From: Candidatus Hermodarchaeota archaeon
GTDB lineage: Archaea; Asgardarchaeota; Thorarchaeia; Thorarchaeales; Thorarchaeaceae
Length of the DNA stretch: 64,000 bases
NCBI GenBank assembly: GCA_048885865.1
Contig: JBHLLF010000006.1
Span: forward strand, 32,001-96,000
Direction: 5' to 3'
Positions within the stretch are counted from its first letter, which is position 1. Each line of letters starts with the position of its first letter. The notes beneath the pieces are model-generated. The model saw only the letters and a list, made by a program, of their open reading frames with translations, was not told the DNA's origin and made no database searches. Positions 57,407 to 64,000 of the stretch are shown piece after piece. The translations under genes and the position numbers were made by a program.

Positions 57407-57702
57407 GTGAAAAGTTCGACGAGATACCAATGGCTGGAAACATCATTGAGCCAGGAAACTCAAAGAAATATCTGACAGGTGGATGGAGAGCTGAGCGTCC
57501 CATACATGATTCTACGAATTGTCTCTGGATGAAGAATGGAACTTGTGGTCGCTGTTGGATATTCTGCCCTGATATGGCAGTCAGACTGATTGAGAATGTA
57601 GATGGCACTCGTTCCTACGAGTACAATTATGACTACTGCAAGGGATGCGGCATCTGTGCCAATGAATGCCCGACTGACAGCATCCACATGGAAGGTGAGT
57701 AG
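57403..57702 (+). CDS. porD: Pyruvate/2-oxoacid:ferredoxin oxidoreductase delta
   Basis: TGGWR..RP, CWIFCPD, YDYCKGCGICANECP. Confidence 0.93.
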   Translation: MSEKFDEIPMAGNIIEPGNSKKYLTGGWRAERPIHDSTNCLWMKNGTCGRCWIFCPDMAVRLIENVDGTRSYEYNYDYCKGCGICANECPTDSIHMEGE

Positions 57703-57703
57703 A

Positions 57704-58897
57704 GTGACAGTATCACAAGATAAAATCACAGTTGAGGGTCTGACTGGTGACGCCGCCATCGCACATGCTCTAAAGCAATGCGATGTCGATGTTCTCGCGG
57801 CCTATCCAATCACCCCGCAGACAATCATTGTTGAGGACTTTCAGAAGTTTGCTGCAGATGGAGAGGTCCATACAAGAGTGATTCCTGTTGAGTCAGAGCA
57901 TAGCGCAATGTCAGCCTGTGTGGGAGCATCTGCAGTGGGAGCCAGAGTAGCAACAGCTTCCGCATCTGCAGGGCTAGCTTTGATGTGGGAGATTCTGTAC
58001 TGTGCCGCATCAATGCGAATGCCAATTGTGTTCACCGTGGCAAACCGTGCGCTCTCAGCACCTATCAACATTCACAATGACCACTCAGATGGCATGGGGA
58101 TGCGTGACAGCGGATTCATCCAGCTCTACTGTCAGAGCTCTCAGGAGGCCTATGACACCACTATCATGGCGTTCAAACTGGCTGAGGACCATGATGTTCT
58201 CCTTCCTGTGATGGTGGGAATTGATGGATTCATCGTTAGTCACAATGTTGAGAGAGTAGAGATGCTTCCAGATGATGAGATCAAGGAGTTTCTCGGTGTG
58301 AGAGTGCCCGTGCAGCCTCTGGATCCAAAGAATCCCATCACAATGGGGCCACTAGCCCTCACTGACTACTACTTCGAGTTCAAGGAACAGCAGGATAGAG
58401 CTATGGGGAGAGTCATTAAGAACTACAAGAAGGTAGAGGCGGAATTCAAGAAACTGACAGGCCGCTCCTACGGAATGTTCGAAACCTACAAGACCAAGGA
58501 TGCGGATATCATCATTCTCGCAATGAGCTCCATGGGAGGGACTGCCAAGGCTGTGGCAGACGTCCTACGGGATCAGGACGAAAAGATCGGGGTAGTTCGA
58601 CTTAAGATGTTCCGCCCCTTCCCTGCGATGGAGATCGCAAAGGCAGTGAGCGGCGCAGAAGCGGTCATGGTATTCGAGAAAGCAATGTCATTTGGTGCAG
58701 TCACACATCCCCTAGCGATGGAGGTCAGGAGTGCGCTCTACGACCATGAGAAGAGACCACTCGTCACTGACTTTGTCGTCGGTCTGGGAGGAAGAGATGT
58801 TCCTCCTGAAACATTCGTGGAGGGCATAGAGATGACAAAGAAGTACATCGAGAAAGGAAAGGCTCCATTGTACGAAACGTTGGGGGTGCGTAAGTAA
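57704..58897 (+). CDS. porA: Pyruvate/2-oxoacid:ferredoxin oxidoreductase alpha
   Basis: AYPITPQT, VESEHSA, NRALSAPINI, FRPFP, GLGGRD. Confidence 0.93.
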   Translation: MTVSQDKITVEGLTGDAAIAHALKQCDVDVLAAYPITPQTIIVEDFQKFAADGEVHTRVIPVESEHSAMSACVGASAVGARVATASASAGLALMWEILYCAASMRMPIVFTVANRALSAPINIHNDHSDGMGMRDSGFIQLYCQSSQEAYDTTIMAFKLAEDHDVLLPVMVGIDGFIVSHNVERVEMLPDDEIKEFLGVRVPVQPLDPKNPITMGPLALTDYYFEFKEQQDRAMGRVIKNYKKVEAEFKKLTGRSYGMFETYKTKDADIIILAMSSMGGTAKAVADVLRDQDEKIGVVRLKMFRPFPAMEIAKAVSGAEAVMVFEKAMSFGAVTHPLAMEVRSALYDHEKRPLVTDFVVGLGGRDVPPETFVEGIEMTKKYIEKGKAPLYETLGVRK

Positions 58898-59850
58898 TGG
58901 CAGAACCAGCAGCAGTTAGTATCAAAGACATGCTAAAGAAGAGCCCAATTCTGTCCTCTGGTCATAGGATGTGTGCCGGGTGTGCTGCGCCGACGGTGGT
59001 GAAGCTCATGGGTATGGCATTCAGGGGACCAACCATTGTGTGTGAGGCTACTGGATGTCTTGAGGTCGCCACGACAATCTATCCATATACTGCATGGGAG
59101 ATTCCATGGATTCATGTGGCCTTTGAGAACGCCCCAGCAGTCGCGTCGGGCGTCGTCGAAGCTATGGATGTGATGCGCGAAAAAGGTCGCTCTGAGTACG
59201 AGCATGTCGATGTCATTGCTATAGGCGGAGATGGAGGAACCTTCGATATTGGGTTTGGCAGCCTCAGCGGAATGCTTGAGCGTGGACATGACATAGTCTA
59301 TATGGTCTACGACAACGGTGCCTATCAGAACACAGGTATCCAGCGTTCCGGTGCCACTCTGCCTGGCCAGGAAACCACCACATCATGGGCTGGTAAGGTC
59401 GAACCTGGTAAGCGAGAGCGGAAGAAACCAATCGCTGATATAGTGGCCGCCCATAAGATTCCCTATGTGGCAACAGTCGACCCCTATCACTATCGTGACT
59501 TTGTTACGAAGTTCAGGAAGGCAATTGAGGTCGATGGTCCTGCATTCATTCATGCATTCTCCCCATGTCCTCGAGGTTGGAGGTCTCCAAGTGGAAGAAG
59601 CATCGAGTTAGCAAAGATGGCTGTTGAAACCGGTATTCATCCACTCTATGAAGTGATCGATGGTGAAGAGTGGGTGATGTCGTCCCCCAGTAAAAACCTG
59701 AAGGAGCTAAAGCCGCTTGAAGAGTACTGGGAAACGCAAGGCCAGTTCAGACACTTGAAAGACTCGAAGTGGGACGGCTTCAAGAAGCAGATTCAGGACC
59801 AAGTCAATCATGATTGGGAGCTTCTGAAGAAACGATGTGGTCTTGAGTAG
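58897..59850 (+). CDS. porB: Pyruvate/2-oxoacid:ferredoxin oxidoreductase beta
   Basis: GHRMCAGC, GGDGGT.DIG, DNGAYQNTG.QRS, SPCPRGW. Confidence 0.93.
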   Translation: MAEPAAVSIKDMLKKSPILSSGHRMCAGCAAPTVVKLMGMAFRGPTIVCEATGCLEVATTIYPYTAWEIPWIHVAFENAPAVASGVVEAMDVMREKGRSEYEHVDVIAIGGDGGTFDIGFGSLSGMLERGHDIVYMVYDNGAYQNTGIQRSGATLPGQETTTSWAGKVEPGKRERKKPIADIVAAHKIPYVATVDPYHYRDFVTKFRKAIEVDGPAFIHAFSPCPRGWRSPSGRSIELAKMAVETGIHPLYEVIDGEEWVMSSPSKNLKELKPLEEYWETQGQFRHLKDSKWDGFKKQIQDQVNHDWELLKKRCGLE

Positions 59851-59863
59851 GACCGCATTGATT

Positions 59864-60949
59864 CTACCCCAAATCAGACGGGTCTATTCCGCGTGAGAAG
59901 GCTTTGAGAATCCCCCAGTCCATCAGAGACTCCGGAGGAGTGTCCTTCTCCTCAGAATCGCGAGGCACTAATTGCAGCGCGTTCTCTGGGCAGCTGATAG
60001 TACAGACACCACATCCTATGCATCGTTCTGCATTGACTTGAACGACATCTTCAGGAATGCTCAATGCATCAAAGGAACATCGGTTTATGCATGAGCCACA
60101 CCCCGGACAAAGCTCGGCTTTGACAGCTGCTTGAAAGTTAGACCGAACGAATGCATGGGGCTGTTCCCACTTAGTCAGTCCCCTCAATGGCAAGCAGCAG
60201 CATGTGCAGCAGTTGCAGATGTAGAAATGATCTGTCTGTGTATTCATAGAACAATGGACTAGCCCTGACTCCTCGGCTTCACGTAGTATTTTGAGAGCCT
60301 CTTCCTTTGTAATAGCCTCAGTCATAGTAGTTTCATCAAATGCGTATTCTTTTCGGGGATGAAGTTGGATACATTTCGTCATGCCATGCTTGCAGGGATT
60401 TCCTAGGAGATTCTGCTGCTTCTTGCAGATGCAGTCGCGAACCCCCCACGACTTTGAATTCTCAATGATCTGTTCAGCCATTTCGTATGGATGGATTTCC
60501 AAATCAGTACTAATTGTCCGATGAATAGGAATCACCTTAAACAATGCAGGTGTATTGCCCCATAGTCCCTCAAACCTGCTACTATCCAAGTAGTCCTCTA
60601 TAAGCTGGGCATATTCACCATCCATGCGGTCGACCTGTTCGTCATGAATACCTACAACGACAGGCAAAAGGGCATACCTTCGGCCTGTGCTAGAATTCCA
60701 GGCTCGTATCTGACCTTTATCAGCCATCTCTTCAAGTCGTTCCTCTAGACCTTCTGCATAAATCCCGAGTCTGTCAGCCATCTCATCAACTGTTTCACCA
60801 CGCAGTTTCATATTGCTGGCTAAAATTGCTTCTTCGGGAGTGAAAATCCATTCTAGCAATCTCAGATGGCTGCCGTCTTCAGTAGGAGTGAAGCTATTGG
60901 GAATCTTATCTAGTGTTTCTGCAAGTCGCTCGTAAGGGTCCTTTGACAT
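59864..60949 (-). CDS. 4Fe-4S dicluster protein with N-terminal wHTH-like region
   Basis: CICK, ICNCCTCCC, CPGCGSC..RC, CIGCGVC..SCP. Confidence 0.85.
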   Translation of the reverse strand: MSKDPYERLAETLDKIPNSFTPTEDGSHLRLLEWIFTPEEAILASNMKLRGETVDEMADRLGIYAEGLEERLEEMADKGQIRAWNSSTGRRYALLPVVVGIHDEQVDRMDGEYAQLIEDYLDSSRFEGLWGNTPALFKVIPIHRTISTDLEIHPYEMAEQIIENSKSWGVRDCICKKQQNLLGNPCKHGMTKCIQLHPRKEYAFDETTMTEAITKEEALKILREAEESGLVHCSMNTQTDHFYICNCCTCCCLPLRGLTKWEQPHAFVRSNFQAAVKAELCPGCGSCINRCSFDALSIPEDVVQVNAERCIGCGVCTISCPENALQLVPRDSEEKDTPPESLMDWGILKAFSRGIDPSDLG

Positions 60950-61125
60950 TCTAGGCACTTTCCGGTACATAGTTGTTCAACTGCGGTCTGGTATCATATC
61001 GCTTTCCCAATATATGAGATTTGCCAACTCGCAATCGATATATCTTGAATAATCCCACTCGGAATGGATAAATCCAGCCGCTCATGCTAGATAGAAGAGG
61101 TCTCCATCTGGAGAGGAGAGAGAAA

Positions 61126-62850
61126 ATGACTATGTTGACAGGTGGCGAGGTCCTCGCCAGGTGTCTCATCGAGGAAGGAGTGAAGTATGTCTTCGGTGTT
61201 CCCGGAGACCAGCTGTATCCATTGCTTGACTCGTTTCATGCCTCAGATGCGATTGAATTCGTAACATTTCGACATGAACAAGCTGCTGCTCATGCTGCAG
61301 ATGCATGGGCTAGAACAACTGGTGAGCCAGGCGTTTGTTTGGGGACGGTTGGACCGGGAGCAGCTGATCTTGTGCCAGGGGTGTATCCCGCCTTTGCAGA
61401 TAGTATTCCAATGATTGTGCTATGCGCCCAGAACCAGTCTTGGAGAATTCATCCTGACCATGGTAGCACTCAAGGGCTAGACCAGCTGAATCTCTTCAAG
61501 CCAATCACAAAATGGGGTGCAACCATATCTCATTGGCAAAGAATTCCGCATCTGGTGCACTGGGCCTTCAGAGAAGCACTCGCAGGTAGACCCGGACCTG
61601 TGTTTCTAGATGTTCCATCTGATGTCCTCTATCTCAAGTGCGATGAGGCTACGCTAGAAGATGGGATAGTTCCCAAGAATCAATACAGAGTGACACATCG
61701 CCCCGTGGGTGCTCCCGATCTTATCACAAAGGCAGCGGACATGCTTCTCAATGCTCAGTTTCCGATAATTCACGCAGGAGGCGGGATCCTGGCGTCAGAA
61801 GCCTCTGAGGAGCTAATTGCAATTGCAGAACATCTCCAGGCTCCAGTTACAACATCCGTCGGTGCTAGAGGCTCAATCCCTGAAGACCATCCATTGTCAC
61901 TTGTCCCTGCTAGCTTCGGTGCAATAGGCGCTCAATGTCAGTCAGACATGGTGCTACTTGTGGGAGGAAAGCTTGGAGACCTTGATTTCTGGGGTCGGGC
62001 GCCTGGTTGGGGTGATTGTGCCGACCAGAAGCTGATTCAAATCGATATTGCTCCGGAAATGATTGCTTTGAACCGAGTGGTTGATTTAGGCATTGTCGGA
62101 GATGCAAAAAGCACACTCGCTGAGCTTCTGAAGATAATCAAAAAGAAGCCAAAGGCGAAACCAAGACCAGAGATGGCTGATTGCAGGGAAGCACAAGACA
62201 ACTGGCTTGAAGACTTTGTGGAACAGGGAAAATCTGACAACACACCTATCCATCCACTTAGACTTGTGCAAGAGGTGCGTGACTTCTTCCCACGTGATGC
62301 AATCTCAGTTGTTGATGGCGGAAACATAGCTGTTTGGGCAATCTACCTCAACAGAATCTACGAGCCTAGAACATTCCTCTGGCCATCAGACTCCGGTCAT
62401 CTTGGTGTTGGCACAGGATATGCCATTGCCTCGAAACTCGCACATCCAGAAAAGGAGGTGTATGTCATCTCGGGAGACGGGGCGTTCATGTTCAATGCTC
62501 AGGAGCTTGAAACTGCAAGACGACTGAAGGTGCCATTCACCATCGTTGTTGCTAATGATAGGGCATATGGCATGATCAAAGCAGGTCAGAAGGGTCTCTA
62601 TGAAGAGAGGTATGTTGGTGTGGACTTTGTAGATGTGAGATATGACAAGATTGCAGAAGCTATGGGTTGCTTTGGCGTAAGGGTTGAGAAACCTAAAGAC
62701 ATAGCACCTGCACTTGAGAAGGCAAAAGAATCAGGTCTACCATCAGTTATTGACGTGGTAATCGATCCAGACGTCAATCTAGTGCCACCTGACTTTGATT
62801 CTGTTGCCTCTGTATGGCTTGAAGGTTGTCAGTTACCAGGTGATGAGTAA
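61126..62850 (+). CDS. TPP-binding enzyme (acetolactate synthase/2-hydroxyacyl-CoA lyase family)
   Basis: FGVPG, RHEQAA.HAAD, GRPGPVFLD, SGDGAF...N.RAYG. Confidence 0.9.
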   Translation: MTMLTGGEVLARCLIEEGVKYVFGVPGDQLYPLLDSFHASDAIEFVTFRHEQAAAHAADAWARTTGEPGVCLGTVGPGAADLVPGVYPAFADSIPMIVLCAQNQSWRIHPDHGSTQGLDQLNLFKPITKWGATISHWQRIPHLVHWAFREALAGRPGPVFLDVPSDVLYLKCDEATLEDGIVPKNQYRVTHRPVGAPDLITKAADMLLNAQFPIIHAGGGILASEASEELIAIAEHLQAPVTTSVGARGSIPEDHPLSLVPASFGAIGAQCQSDMVLLVGGKLGDLDFWGRAPGWGDCADQKLIQIDIAPEMIALNRVVDLGIVGDAKSTLAELLKIIKKKPKAKPRPEMADCREAQDNWLEDFVEQGKSDNTPIHPLRLVQEVRDFFPRDAISVVDGGNIAVWAIYLNRIYEPRTFLWPSDSGHLGVGTGYAIASKLAHPEKEVYVISGDGAFMFNAQELETARRLKVPFTIVVANDRAYGMIKAGQKGLYEERYVGVDFVDVRYDKIAEAMGCFGVRVEKPKDIAPALEKAKESGLPSVIDVVIDPDVNLVPPDFDSVASVWLEGCQLPGDE

Positions 62851-63864
62851 TTGAAAGCTGCTGTGTATGAGGGTGCAGACGATATTCAAGTGAAAGAGGT
62901 TCCAGAGCCAGAAATTGGGCCTAGTGATGTCCTTGTCAGACCCAAATATGTTGGCATCTGCGGAACAGACCTGAGTGCATGGGAATATGGTATGTACGAG
63001 GGCGGACTAATCATGGGTCACGAGTTCTCGGGTGAAGTCGTTGATGTGGGAGAGAATGTAAGCAAATGGAAAAAGGGAGATAGAGTAGTTCCGAATTCAT
63101 TGATTCCTTGTGGTAAATGCTCATTCTGTTCCAAGAGCAGGCATTCACTGTGTGAAGATATGCAGATGGTCGGCATATCCATGGACGGGGGACTAGCTGA
63201 GCTAGTAGGGTTGCCTGAAGTTGTGCTGCACCGACTCCCTGACTCAATGGACTACAAGACTGGTGTCTTTGTAGAGCCACTCTCAATTGCCATTAGAGGA
63301 TTCAAGAGAACCAGTTTCGAAACTGGTGAGACCGTTCTTATCCTAGGCACGGGTCCAATCGGGTTGCTTAGTATCCAGCTTGCCCAGCTGAAGGGTGCAT
63401 CAGCCATCTACGCATCAGAAGTGAAGCCTGCCAGACTTGAGATGGCAGAAAGATGCGGCATAAAGGCAGCTATCAATGCCGAGAAGGAATCAGTTGCTCT
63501 GAGAATCGAGAGCTTCACTGAGGGCTCAGGTGTAGATTTAGTAGTAGAATGTACGGGGGCTCCTGGACCCACCGCTGAATCTTTTCAGCTTGTCAAAAGA
63601 GGTGGTACTATTCTGGTCCTTGGAATAAGTGAAGAGCCGGTGGAGGTTGACTTCATGACTGGAGTCCTCAACGAATTGAATGTTCAGTTCAGTTACCTGG
63701 GCTATGCAGAGTTCCCTGAGGCAATAGAACTACTTGAGAATAGGAAAATTGATCCAACACCCTTTGTCACAAAGATTGTGCCATTGGAGCGTGTTGTTGA
63801 GGAGGGGTTTGAGGCACTGACCCATCCTGAAAGCAATGAAGTGAAAGTGCTTGTAGAGATATGA
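62851..63864 (+). CDS. Zn-dependent dehydrogenase (2,3-butanediol/sorbitol DH-like)
   Basis: GICGTD, GHE, CGKCSFC...C, GTGPIG. Confidence 0.92.
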   Translation: MKAAVYEGADDIQVKEVPEPEIGPSDVLVRPKYVGICGTDLSAWEYGMYEGGLIMGHEFSGEVVDVGENVSKWKKGDRVVPNSLIPCGKCSFCSKSRHSLCEDMQMVGISMDGGLAELVGLPEVVLHRLPDSMDYKTGVFVEPLSIAIRGFKRTSFETGETVLILGTGPIGLLSIQLAQLKGASAIYASEVKPARLEMAERCGIKAAINAEKESVALRIESFTEGSGVDLVVECTGAPGPTAESFQLVKRGGTILVLGISEEPVEVDFMTGVLNELNVQFSYLGYAEFPEAIELLENRKIDPTPFVTKIVPLERVVEEGFEALTHPESNEVKVLVEI

Positions 63865-63878
63865 AAGGAGGAAATGAA

Positions 63879-64000
63879 ATGGCAGACAGAATGGAGCTTG
63901 GAAATGACAATTACCTGAAGTTGTTCAAGGAGAATCTCAATAAAGATGAGGAGTACATGAATCTAGCATCTAGTGTGATTGACTCCTATACTCTTGTTCT
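63879..64000 (+). CDS. Partial CDS, possibly an SCP2 sterol/lipid-carrier-like protein
   Basis: Strong RBS (AGGAGG), then MADRMELGNDNYLKLFKENLNKDEEY..., resembling SCP2 N-termini; runs off the window. Confidence 0.45.
   Translation, partial: MADRMELGNDNYLKLFKENLNKDEEYMNLASSVIDSYTLV

Noticed and set aside
1-64000. CRISPR arrays, tRNA/rRNA, transposases, integrases, defence islands
   Set aside because: I found no regularly spaced repeats, cloverleafs or recombinase/transposase motifs by inspection; tRNAscan and Infernal were not run.

Overview
Gene-dense archaeal chromosomal window (~47% GC by eye). It most likely comes from an Asgard archaeon (Thorarchaeia-like); this is inferred from a single-domain gelsolin, a Rab-like GTPase and a longin/roadblock protein occurring together with fwdDBA, porGDAB, iorAB and a geranylgeranyl reductase. 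Most of the window is central and peptide-fermentation metabolism: FAD oxidoreductase + HdrD/GlcF, B12 acyl-CoA mutase + CobO, Fwd, 2-oxoacid/acetoin dehydrogenase E1a/E1b/E2 + LplA, IOR, POR, an ABC transporter and a TPP enzyme + Zn-ADH. Eukaryotic-signature and unexplained genes are interspersed. The most striking is a 767-aa cytosolic protein fusing a 7-repeat FG-GAP beta-propeller, an Ig-like sandwich, an acidic linker and an intact Rab-like GTPase, an architecture reminiscent of BBSome/KICSTOR subunits. Other highlights: an Ig-repeat ectodomain + 7TM receptor-like protein, a longin-roadblock fusion, gelsolin downstream of membrane Zn-ribbon paralogues, three tandem TrmB-like regulators behind a pseudoknot-capable intergenic RNA, a Hef-like helicase with degenerate motifs, and an acyl-CoA mutase with isobutyryl-CoA-mutase signature residues. 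I recognised no rRNA, tRNA, CRISPR array or mobile element. All calls come from motif recognition by eye; no database searches were run.
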